Shown here: positions 13,655-21,775 of the stretch, piece after piece
Position numbering within the stretch: the first letter of the stretch is position 1
Layout of the letters: each line of letters starts with the position of its first letter
Source of the DNA: an uncultured Clostridium sp.
GTDB taxonomy: Bacteria > Bacillota > Clostridia > Oscillospirales > CAG-272
Direction of reading: 5' to 3'
DNA length: 32,630 bases
NCBI GenBank assembly: GCA_964564255.1
Contig: CAZMAZ010000004.1
Span: forward strand, 1-32,630
Notes under the pieces: model-generated
What the model was told of the DNA's origin: nothing
Seen by the model: the letters and a program-made list of their open reading frames with translations, nothing else
The model's database searches: none
Translations under genes and position numbers: made by a program

Positions 13655-16338
13655 ACTGCAGCTCCCACCTCAAATTGTGCAACAGAGAGCTGAGTGATCC
13701 ATTCTTTCTGTTGAAGGTTGATTGAATGGTTTATTCCTGTTATGTAGAAAATGATTGATCCGACTTTTATCTTGTCAAAAATGTGGAACCCATACCAACC
13801 AGGAACAGTGATTGTACCAGTGAAAATCAAAGATTGTCCAAACCGAACATTTGTCTTATGAAACTTCTCTAAGTCTTTTATTGTTACTAGCCCCGGTTCA
13901 GAAGTTGTTATAATTCTACTCCAAGGATAATCACCTACGCCAATATCTGCTTGAGTAAACTTCATTCCAGGCATTTCTCCATCAGGAACGAGTTGAGTGG
14001 ACTCGGTGTCATTTTTAACAAGCAGACCGAGGGTTAAGAAGGTATTATATCTATTTTCAAGATAAGGTGCAATGTCCATCGAAATAATGTTGCTCTCTTT
14101 GTAAGTTCTGACAATAGGTCCGTTTTTAACCCACGTTGGACAGCCATATTCATCCATGTAGTAGAAATACCCGCACCCGTCTGGTTGAATTATGAACTGG
14201 TGATTAATTTTCTTTGCGATCTCTTTCAAAGCATCTAAAACTGGAGTTCCAAGTACAAAATTTGTAGAAGGAGCTTGCCAGTCCCAAGACCTTGGAAGAA
14301 TTATGTTCGACACTGCCCCTGCACCGGAGGAGAAATCAGGAACGTATTTTAACTTGCAACCGGAATAGGACACCATATAATTCAAAACACCATCCATTCC
14401 ATTTTCAAAAACTTGATCTCCATCCCAGAAAGGACAGTTCACGAGTTTCATGTCGGACAATTTCTTTTGAATTCCTACAAGTTTTACAGTAAGTTGAGAA
14501 CTACCTTCACTTACTTGGTCTTGGATTTCCATTGCGTATCCTTTGAAGATTTGACCATAGTCGGTTTCATAATGAGAATCAGAGGTTGTTGGTGTGACTT
14601 CATTCAAATCGTAAAAACCGTTTTTGGCAACAAGGGTCAAAGCTCCGATGGCTTGAGTTGGGGCGTCTGATATGTCCATCATCATATATTTATCGAGAGT
14701 AAGGGTGCCGGATGTTCCGTCCAAACCGTGAGCAATGCTTATGTTGGTTATATAGTCTTCCCATTTAGTTCCGGAAGTCTCTGTGCCACGGTAAACAGAG
14801 AGTTTGTTGTTTACATTTGTTTGGAAATCCTTAGAAAAGTTGCCGTCACCATTCAGGACATCTGTTAGCCTTCCAGTATACTTTGTAACATGAATTATCC
14901 CGAACAATTCAAAAGCGTTTAGTTGTAATTCAGAATCATCAGCCCTGAATTCAAAATCCACACGAAAGATAGAAGTTTGAGTATCTTCGTCATAGTGAAC
15001 TTTTTTGGATTTGTATTTCTTACTCAAGCCACTGTATCCGAAATTCTTTCCACCAACTTCAAGGCAGTAATAATCCTCCATACCACCATTTTCAGAAACA
15101 TTGGTATCTGTTTGCTGCCCAGACATTTTGAAAAAGTAAGAAAAAGAGACAACAGGACAGAACCTTAATGCTGCAAAAGCAAAGTTTCCTATACAGTTAT
15201 TGAACGTTGCCTGAACTCTGTTTCCAAAGTTCACGTAAACATTCTTTGAGGTCAACTTAATGTTGTCAGCATTACCTTTTTTGTGCTCAGCAGGAAAACA
15301 GTTTAATGCTGGTTCTGTCTCGTTCAGAATGTCAAGGTCTTTATTTTTTTTACAAATCAGGTTCTTTGAAGTCTGTTTCGGATTTGTTACCAAATCTCCA
15401 GTAACGATCAAACTATTCATCAAAGAATAGAAGAAGATTACATTCTTATTTAACAAATCGTTCGAGTTGACGTGAAGAATTTTTTGCCCCATCTGGCTGA
15501 AATTCAGAGGCCCGGAAACGGTGTTATCTTTATTGATACTTACTGAAACTTCTCCCGTAGGATTGGCTCTCAGCTCAACATAGTCTCCGTTCGTAGAGTT
15601 GAAAGAATTACTACTGCTTTCAGTGTAGAACTTGAATGAAGCATAGCAAGGATTCTTTCCGGTTTCATCGTCTTCCCAGGAAGTGAAATCTAACAATAAG
15701 GCGAACACTCCAGTAGGATTGAAATTACTGACAAAGGTTCTATTGAAAGATTCCTTGTCCATATAGGGATTTTTCCCGAGGATAGAGATATAGTCAGCAG
15801 TCAAAGTATTTGCTACGTCATATTTTACTCCGTAATTTTTCAAAGTATCGACCGCTTTTTTCCATTCTTCCGAAGCATCAGTTTTAGCTTTCGGTTTAAG
15901 CGGAGACCACAGATAATACTTCCATTCGGTAGCAACTGCGTAATCTTCAACTGAAGCGTCAAACTTCAATTCGTTTCTTCCGAAGTCCCAAGGATAAATG
16001 ATTTGGGGAATCAATGTTCCGTTAGGTGTAATGAAACCAGAATCTTTTTTCCCCGCTTCATTCATGTCTACGTAGACATTGCTGTAATTCTTTTCGGAAA
16101 ACTTTTCTACAACACTCTTGACGTTCTGAAAACAGATCATACTGTTTGCGTTCTTCGGAAAAAACTTCAAAGCGTCTTCACCCTTCTTGGGATCGAAATC
16201 ATCCGGCAAAGTCACAACAGGTATACCAGAGAAATTAATATGTTCAAAAGCATATCTTTTTCCATTAACAACCTGTGGCGTCAATACAGACCCAGTTTCA
16301 ATATATAAAGGAGTTGGAGCGTTGTTATCGTAAGCCAT
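13651..16338 (-). CDS. large (895 aa) virion structural protein candidate (tail, baseplate or receptor-binding type)
   Basis: It is the longest ORF in the window, with an Asn/Thr/Ser/Gly/Tyr-rich composition typical of tail or baseplate proteins. I recognised no catalytic motif. Confidence 0.65.
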   Translation of the reverse strand: MAYDNNAPTPLYIETGSVLTPQVVNGKRYAFEHINFSGIPVVTLPDDFDPKKGEDALKFFPKNANSMICFQNVKSVVEKFSEKNYSNVYVDMNEAGKKDSGFITPNGTLIPQIIYPWDFGRNELKFDASVEDYAVATEWKYYLWSPLKPKAKTDASEEWKKAVDTLKNYGVKYDVANTLTADYISILGKNPYMDKESFNRTFVSNFNPTGVFALLLDFTSWEDDETGKNPCYASFKFYTESSSNSFNSTNGDYVELRANPTGEVSVSINKDNTVSGPLNFSQMGQKILHVNSNDLLNKNVIFFYSLMNSLIVTGDLVTNPKQTSKNLICKKNKDLDILNETEPALNCFPAEHKKGNADNIKLTSKNVYVNFGNRVQATFNNCIGNFAFAALRFCPVVSFSYFFKMSGQQTDTNVSENGGMEDYYCLEVGGKNFGYSGLSKKYKSKKVHYDEDTQTSIFRVDFEFRADDSELQLNAFELFGIIHVTKYTGRLTDVLNGDGNFSKDFQTNVNNKLSVYRGTETSGTKWEDYITNISIAHGLDGTSGTLTLDKYMMMDISDAPTQAIGALTLVAKNGFYDLNEVTPTTSDSHYETDYGQIFKGYAMEIQDQVSEGSSQLTVKLVGIQKKLSDMKLVNCPFWDGDQVFENGMDGVLNYMVSYSGCKLKYVPDFSSGAGAVSNIILPRSWDWQAPSTNFVLGTPVLDALKEIAKKINHQFIIQPDGCGYFYYMDEYGCPTWVKNGPIVRTYKESNIISMDIAPYLENRYNTFLTLGLLVKNDTESTQLVPDGEMPGMKFTQADIGVGDYPWSRIITTSEPGLVTIKDLEKFHKTNVRFGQSLIFTGTITVPGWYGFHIFDKIKVGSIIFYITGINHSINLQQKEWITQLSVAQFEVGAAV

Positions 16339-16481
16339 TAAAATCTTTTATTCCAATTCAGACGAGTTTTCTTGAGAAACAATTCTACGCTATCGTCAAG
16401 ATAGTGTTTGAAGTTGTCTATGATTCTTTGCGCTTCAGATTCGTTATTTGCAGAAGCAACTGTATAGTTGAATTTCAGCAT
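16338..16481 (-). CDS. small protein (47 aa) coupled to the 895-aa gene
   Basis: SD AGGAG lies 6 nt before ATG 16481 (MLKFNYTVASANNESEAQRIIDNFKHYLDDSVELFLKKTRLNWNKRF). Its TAA overlaps the next ATG (TAATG). It is below the ORF-track cutoff. Confidence 0.5.
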   Translation of the reverse strand: MLKFNYTVASANNESEAQRIIDNFKHYLDDSVELFLKKTRLNWNKRF

Positions 16482-16540
16482 CGTCAGCTCCTGTTTTTTA
16501 TTTTGAGATAGAAATAATCAGCCACAAGAATTCACGACAT

Positions 16541-16575
16541 AAAAACTCCCATGAGTTTGTTAGACTCATGGGGAG
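16541..16575 (-). terminator. rho-independent terminator (minus strand)
   Basis: A stem of at least 9 bp pairs 16548-16556 with 16564-16572 around a 7-nt loop. On the minus strand it is followed by T5 (16541-16545). It lies just after the stop of gene 16582-17136. Confidence 0.65.
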
Positions 16576-16581
16576 ATCAGC

Positions 16582-17136
16582 TTACAAGGAACGAATTTGC
16601 TCGGAGATTTCTTTCGCGTCAACATTCACGGAGTCGAATGCACGGCAATCATACAATCCAAGTTCCCGGTGTTTTCGAAAAGCGACTTGTGCTCCTTCTA
16701 CCCGATCAACGATTCCAGCTTGACTGATTTTCTTTCCGCCATTCCGGAAAAGGACTCTTGAAACAGAGGTGAAAGCATTTGTATATAGCAAACACACTTT
16801 CACGTCACGTTTGTGGGCGAATTCCATTTCCATCAGGAACTTTGCGACATTTCCGTAAATTCCGGAAATCAGGATTCCTTCAAGGTAAATATCATAATCT
16901 GGATACTCTTTAGAGAGATGGTCGGCAAGATTGTAGACCAAGAAAGTAGACTTGATTCCGTCGCAACCGCCGCAAGCGTTGTCGTACTTTCCAAGTGCGA
17001 TTACCTTTCGTTCTCTGGAAACGGTGTACTTTCCAAACGGGTGGTCGAGAACCTCAAATTCTGGACCGATGATACCTCTCATCACAGTTGATTTTCCAGA
17101 GCCGTTTGCTCCGATAATCAAAGTTAGTTTAGGCAT
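16582..17136 (-). CDS. P-loop NTPase or kinase-like protein (184 aa)
   Basis: Walker A is LIIGANGSGKST and a Walker-B-like DIYLEG is present. There is an unusual ACGGCDG segment. The start overlaps the end of the upstream small ORF. Confidence 0.65.
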   Translation of the reverse strand: MPKLTLIIGANGSGKSTVMRGIIGPEFEVLDHPFGKYTVSRERKVIALGKYDNACGGCDGIKSTFLVYNLADHLSKEYPDYDIYLEGILISGIYGNVAKFLMEMEFAHKRDVKVCLLYTNAFTSVSRVLFRNGGKKISQAGIVDRVEGAQVAFRKHRELGLYDCRAFDSVNVDAKEISEQIRSL

Positions 17137-17362
17137 GATTCAGATCCTCGAAGTTGTAGGCGATTTCTTTGATTTCGGAAAGACCGAGAAATTTCTTGAC
17201 CGCTTCGGTTTGTTCATCGGTGAATTGAATCACCACCCGATTTCTGGATGGATGATACTCCTTAAGGTAATAATCCGGGATATTGTCCTTGGAAAGACCC
17301 TCTTCCGGCATCATTTTATCCTCGGCAAAAAGCGATTGAGTCTGATAATCTTCTTTCTTCAT
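17129..17362 (-). CDS. hypothetical small acidic protein (77 aa)
   Basis: It has an ATGA overlap with the radical-SAM gene stop and an 8-nt overlap with the downstream P-loop gene. Confidence 0.55.
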   Translation of the reverse strand: MKKEDYQTQSLFAEDKMMPEEGLSKDNIPDYYLKEYHPSRNRVVIQFTDEQTEAVKKFLGLSEIKEIAYNFEDLNHA

Positions 17363-19830
17363 TTTCCTACCCCTTCAAAGAAATTTCCTCTGTCAATATA
17401 TTTGTATACGATGTCCCCATTTTCATCTTTGACGATGTTTTTGTTTTCGTCATACATAGGGACAAGGGAGCCACGAAAGATACGATAAGGAGAATTTCCC
17501 TTTTTCGGACTGTTCCAAAGATACCGCATGTGTTCTTCCATTGTCATACCGAAAAAATTTGCACGATTCTTAGTGGAGTTCGTGTTCAATCCTTCTCCGT
17601 TGACATACGGGAACCCGGAGTAAATCGTATGGATATCTTTTGAAATATCAGAGTAATGGACAACGCCATTCTTCTTGGCAATACAGATCGCATTGGTCAT
17701 CTGTCCTCTGGAATAGTTCCAATCCTCGGAAAGACCGCAACAACAACCATTATGGCAAGCATCCTTGAAGTCCATATCGGAAACGTAAAACCGGAGTCCG
17801 GTCTCGTTGCAAGTTTCCAACATTCTCTTTACGAAAGGTGCTTTGACTTTGCGGTTTAAACGCAAGTATCCGGAGCCAATGGAATAGCGGCGATAAAACT
17901 TCACAATATCAAATCCGGCAAGTTCAGAGATTGTTTCAAACTTTTTGATCGCCGGGAGATTTCGAGTTTCAACACAGAAAAATTCTGTAGAAACGGCGGT
18001 TGCTCCTGCTTTTGCGCAGTCCTTGATAAGATCAACGTAACCGAGATTGGAAATACCGATAATGAAAGGACGGAGTCTCAAAGTTGCTCCACCAGCGTTC
18101 AGGTTGGCATATTTCTCGATTGCGGCAATTCTCTTTTGAGGAGAATCAACTCCGGCTTCGATAATACGGGCATGATCTTCACGATTGGTAATGATGGAGA
18201 ACTTACAATTCCACTTCTTGTTGCCTTTAAACAGCTCAGTATACCGAGGATCATCCAACCACCAAGTTGCTTTCGTAGAGAAGCAAAGCGGATAATCGAT
18301 TTCTCGGAAGAACTTCAAAAGTTCCAACGTCACACCGTAACGACGTTCAAATTCATCAAACTGGTCAGAAAGACCACCCCACTGCATAACTTTGCGAGCC
18401 TTGATATAATCGCCGAACTGCGAGTCATCCGGTTCGAGGAACATACGCTTGATTTTCTCAACATTGACGGCGTGAACTTCTTTACGGAGATATTTCTCTT
18501 TTGCGTTACCCAGACCTCTCTGAAATTGGGAGAAGCAGTTGTGACTCACCATTCCATTAGCAATGAAGTTTTCTGTTGATGTAGTAATGTCGTACATTTT
18601 CTGGAAACGTGCAAGACTTTCAATAGAAACGATTTTGTTCCCTTGAGGGGTTGGTTCTTTGATTGAAATTCCTTCGATATTGCATTTCGCCAAATCCATT
18701 CCGGTAAGATTCTGGAAGCGAATTTTTTCTTTCATTCCACCGAAATAGACGATCTTCTGATCCCCGTCATCCGCATGATACTTGTGTTGGAATCCTAATT
18801 TGTCCAAGCAGAAGCAAAAGTCATCGAGCATCTTCTGATCGGTATTTCCGAAACGACAAGATTCAATAGTTGTTTCTCCTTCCACATCGTAAGCACCTGC
18901 AAGGAATCCTTTGTAAAAATCCTCGTTGTCCTGCCACTTGATAATTCTCTTAATGGAATAGTAATCATTAGCATTTTGCGCTCTGATTGCCCTGGTTTTG
19001 ATTTCTTCTTTCGTTTTTCGATCAATCATCGGAAAATCGAATTCTTTCGCAAATATGCCAAAACGTTCAAGATAACGTTTTGCTTTCATTACGGCAGAGG
19101 TCAATTTCATAGCCAGGCGGAAACGATAGCACAGTCCATCGTTAGTCTGATATTCCGCAAGATTTCCATCTCCACGAATGATGCCGTTCAGATATCCGGA
19201 CATGTAAGCATCATTTTCAACATACCCCTTTTGAGTGTCGATTTTGAAACTTACAATACTGTTTTGGGTCGTCAAACGAGTTTCACCGATAGTACGTTTC
19301 GGCAAAAAGGTTTTCTTCCAACCTCTTTCCGTATACCAACGGTGTTCGGAAGAACAGATCGCATAACGACCATCAGCAAGCGTAACTTTGAACGCTTCTT
19401 TTTCTTCCGTGATCCATTTATTCAGAACAACGGACTTTTTGATTTTCGGGAAAGTATTGAATTGAATATCGACTCCAACAATTTCATCTCCAATTTCGAG
19501 ATCTTTAATCGCTTTGGTAGAATGATCCCACATAGTAATCTGGGTGTCTCCATCAAGGCAATACAAGCATCCATAATAACAGTTGCTGTAGGTGTCAAAA
19601 GTCATAGGCATCGAGCAGTCCGGATACTCCGCTGTCCAACGAGGAGAAGAATAGTCATGAACAATGACTGACCCGTCTTTTTGAGCAGATATAACCGGGG
19701 CGACATCGGTCTCATCTTCGGAAATGTTAATGTCCTCTTCGATCACGGCCTCATCTTCTGGATTGGTAAGGGACTCCAACTCCTGAATTCTTTTTTCATT
19801 TTCTTCCAACATTATTTTCTGTCCTTTCAC
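17359..19830 (-). CDS. radical-SAM enzyme (SplB / DNA-photolyase-like family) containing an intein
   Basis: The N-extein ends ...TYSNCYYGCLY and the C-extein begins CFSQFQRGLGN.... The joined sequence gives the CxxxCxxC [4Fe-4S]/SAM motif. The exteins total 482 aa and the intein is 341 aa. Confidence 0.8.
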   Translation of the reverse strand: MKGQKIMLEENEKRIQELESLTNPEDEAVIEEDINISEDETDVAPVISAQKDGSVIVHDYSSPRWTAEYPDCSMPMTFDTYSNCYYGCLYCLDGDTQITMWDHSTKAIKDLEIGDEIVGVDIQFNTFPKIKKSVVLNKWITEEKEAFKVTLADGRYAICSSEHRWYTERGWKKTFLPKRTIGETRLTTQNSIVSFKIDTQKGYVENDAYMSGYLNGIIRGDGNLAEYQTNDGLCYRFRLAMKLTSAVMKAKRYLERFGIFAKEFDFPMIDRKTKEEIKTRAIRAQNANDYYSIKRIIKWQDNEDFYKGFLAGAYDVEGETTIESCRFGNTDQKMLDDFCFCLDKLGFQHKYHADDGDQKIVYFGGMKEKIRFQNLTGMDLAKCNIEGISIKEPTPQGNKIVSIESLARFQKMYDITTSTENFIANGMVSHNCFSQFQRGLGNAKEKYLRKEVHAVNVEKIKRMFLEPDDSQFGDYIKARKVMQWGGLSDQFDEFERRYGVTLELLKFFREIDYPLCFSTKATWWLDDPRYTELFKGNKKWNCKFSIITNREDHARIIEAGVDSPQKRIAAIEKYANLNAGGATLRLRPFIIGISNLGYVDLIKDCAKAGATAVSTEFFCVETRNLPAIKKFETISELAGFDIVKFYRRYSIGSGYLRLNRKVKAPFVKRMLETCNETGLRFYVSDMDFKDACHNGCCCGLSEDWNYSRGQMTNAICIAKKNGVVHYSDISKDIHTIYSGFPYVNGEGLNTNSTKNRANFFGMTMEEHMRYLWNSPKKGNSPYRIFRGSLVPMYDENKNIVKDENGDIVYKYIDRGNFFEGVGK
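18538..19560 (-). mobile_element. intein with a LAGLIDADG homing-endonuclease domain (residues 91-431 of the host protein)
   Basis: It starts CLDGDTQITM (TGC at 19560-19558). Block B is AICSSEH. The two LAGLIDADG motifs are YLNGIIRGDGN and FLAGAYDVEGE. It ends NFIANGMVSHN (AAC at 18540-18538), followed by Cys+1 (TGC at 18537-18535). Confidence 0.85.
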
Positions 19831-19835
19831 AGTTA

Positions 19836-20249
19836 TTAAAAGAATCTGTTTTGACTCATCAAATCTTTGAAATTGTAACCGTCATTCTTGATGTAATGGG
19901 GAAGATTAAACATCTCCATTACGTTTTTGACATCTTTCGGCTCGAACAGAACGATGATATAATCTGGATTTTCGTTGATGTATTCAGTGTTCTGAGCGTT
20001 CTTTTTATCTCGAAGCTCTTCATAATAGAAAGTGTTTTTCTTTCGGCGCAGGAAGTTGTATCCGATGAATTCGTTAAGCAGTTTAGACTCACCTGCACCG
20101 TATTTGATAACAGCATATTGATACATACGTTCAGCTTCGATATTGATGGTCGGTAAGTCATCAGGTTCCAAGTCGATTTCCCGAAGTTCTTTTGGTAGAA
20201 ATGGAAACTCCGTAAATTCTGTCATTTTGAATTGATCAAACAAATCCAT
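19836..20249 (-). CDS. hypothetical protein (137 aa)
   Basis: ORF-track entry, 5 nt upstream of the radical-SAM gene start. Confidence 0.6.
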   Translation of the reverse strand: MDLFDQFKMTEFTEFPFLPKELREIDLEPDDLPTINIEAERMYQYAVIKYGAGESKLLNEFIGYNFLRRKKNTFYYEELRDKKNAQNTEYINENPDYIIVLFEPKDVKNVMEMFNLPHYIKNDGYNFKDLMSQNRFF

Positions 20250-20319
20250 ACAAATTACCTCTTTTAGTTTTAACTGTGCTACGACAGTTATGAAGCGATT
20301 ATCAATTCAAAGTAGATTT

Positions 20320-20730
20320 TCAATATTCGTAATCGCTGAAACGGTAGTCCTCGTCGTCATAATCCGATTTTTCACGGTCTCTTTCGAAGTCGAATTCTTC
20401 TTTGATTTTCTCTTCCAAAGTCTCCAAGTTGACGCAAGAAAGTTTTTCAATATCGATTTCTCTGAAGATATCTTTCATTGAAATTGAGCCGTTTTTGTTC
20501 TTAACGATGTTTCCGTTTTGGTCTTTCTTTGGAAAACTCTTGAGAACTTCAATGCCGGTAATTACAACATCTTCGATATAATCTGTACCAGCATCGTAAC
20601 ATTTTGCTCCCCAGTATTCGTAAGGACCTATTCCGTCGTTTCCAATAGTGTAATCAAATTCAATCGCCAGTTCGTGCTCGTGGTTATTCGTTGATTCAAT
20701 ATAAAGATGGATGTTTGCCATGAAAATCAC
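20320..20730 (-). CDS. hypothetical acidic protein (136 aa)
   Basis: ORF-track entry with a highly acidic C-terminus (DYDDEDYRFSDYEY). Confidence 0.6.
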   Translation of the reverse strand: MIFMANIHLYIESTNNHEHELAIEFDYTIGNDGIGPYEYWGAKCYDAGTDYIEDVVITGIEVLKSFPKKDQNGNIVKNKNGSISMKDIFREIDIEKLSCVNLETLEEKIKEEFDFERDREKSDYDDEDYRFSDYEY

Positions 20731-20776
20731 CTTTGATTTTGTCTTGTCTTGTTTATATGATGCGAAAAGGAAATTT

Positions 20777-21427
20777 TTACGACAACTTCAAATTCAGGGT
20801 AATCTGCAAGTTTTTACCGTCTTCAAGTTCCTTTACGGAAATACCGGGAATTTCATGAGTCTTCTTTTCCAATTCCGATGCCTTGACAAAACGGAAATTG
20901 TAAGACTTCAATAAATCTACGAAATCCAACGCAGAGAACTCTTCTAAATCCTCCCAAAGGAAGTCTTCAGGTTTTCCACCGAACTGTTTTACCCATGCTC
21001 CAAAGTCCCTGGAAGCCATCTCAAAAGAGGAAAGAGCGTTCAATAGCTTATCATCCGGTAAACGAAGCAGAAAATCAAGAAGCTGATTTTTCTTTTCGAA
21101 CTTGATAGGAGTCGGATTTTCTTCAGGGGATTTACGATTCATGATATCAAGAATAATATCGGTAGGACGATTAAAGTCTCTCAAAGCACTTTTTAACGCG
21201 ATCCAAGATGCCCAACAATACCTTGCTCCAGGAAATCTATAACGACTGTCAACAAACATCGTAAAATTCCTCGGCAGTTTCAAGGTTCTAATGAAATCGG
21301 AAATCCGGTATAACCGATAATGTTTTGAAGTGTTTTCAACGTAATTGATTTCTCCAAGAATCGTATTCCCGGAACTGAGAGAAAATACACCAGTGAAAGT
21401 GTAGTCTTTGAGATTATCCTGAGTCAT
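20777..21427 (-). CDS. hypothetical protein (216 aa)
   Basis: SD AGGAGG lies 6 nt before ATG 21427 (MTQDNLKDY...). The track's start at 21499 adds a basic leader and overlaps this SD region, so the shorter form is preferred. Confidence 0.6.
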   Translation of the reverse strand: MTQDNLKDYTFTGVFSLSSGNTILGEINYVENTSKHYRLYRISDFIRTLKLPRNFTMFVDSRYRFPGARYCWASWIALKSALRDFNRPTDIILDIMNRKSPEENPTPIKFEKKNQLLDFLLRLPDDKLLNALSSFEMASRDFGAWVKQFGGKPEDFLWEDLEEFSALDFVDLLKSYNFRFVKASELEKKTHEIPGISVKELEDGKNLQITLNLKLS

Positions 21428-21502
21428 CTTTGACCTCCTGAAAATGTTTGTTGTTTTGCTCCTCCATTGGAGCTTTGTTTTTCTATGAGGTCTTCTCAAA
21501 AG

Positions 21503-21775
21503 TTACAGATATTTTGTAATTTCTTTCGCTTTTTCCTGGTCAATTACCAGACCGTATTCCAACTCATCATCTGCTTCCTCAAATTCTCTTTCTGCTTCAA
21601 TATATAGCTGAAAGATTTTCCGACGTGAATATCCGGCAGCTTCGAGTTCTTTATTCAGAGCATTGTACTCTTTCATCAGGCTTTTGTACTTTGGAGTTTG
21701 TTTGCAATAGTCTTCCTCCGGTAGAACATGGAACTTCTTTTGCAGGGCTTTTACTTTTTCTTCGAATGTTTTCAT
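21503..21775 (-). CDS. hypothetical coiled-coil-like protein (90 aa)
   Basis: ORF-track entry with an ATGA overlap with the upstream 525-aa gene. Confidence 0.6.
   Translation of the reverse strand: MKTFEEKVKALQKKFHVLPEEDYCKQTPKYKSLMKEYNALNKELEAAGYSRRKIFQLYIEAEREFEEADDELEYGLVIDQEKAKEITKYL

Noticed and set aside
16952-17488. Plus-strand 178-aa ORF, plus other plus-strand ORFs within 8636-20481 such as 8893-9333, 5778-6284 and 18136-18579.
   Set aside because: All are antisense to minus-strand genes with strong motif support or coupling. They have Phe/Ser/Leu-rich shadow composition and no SD.
18976-19671. Plus-strand 231-aa ORF that might have been a free-standing homing endonuclease next to the intein.
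   Set aside because: It is antisense to the intein coding frame and has Phe/Arg/Ser-rich junk composition. The LAGLIDADG motifs are in the minus-strand host frame, so the endonuclease is part of the intein.
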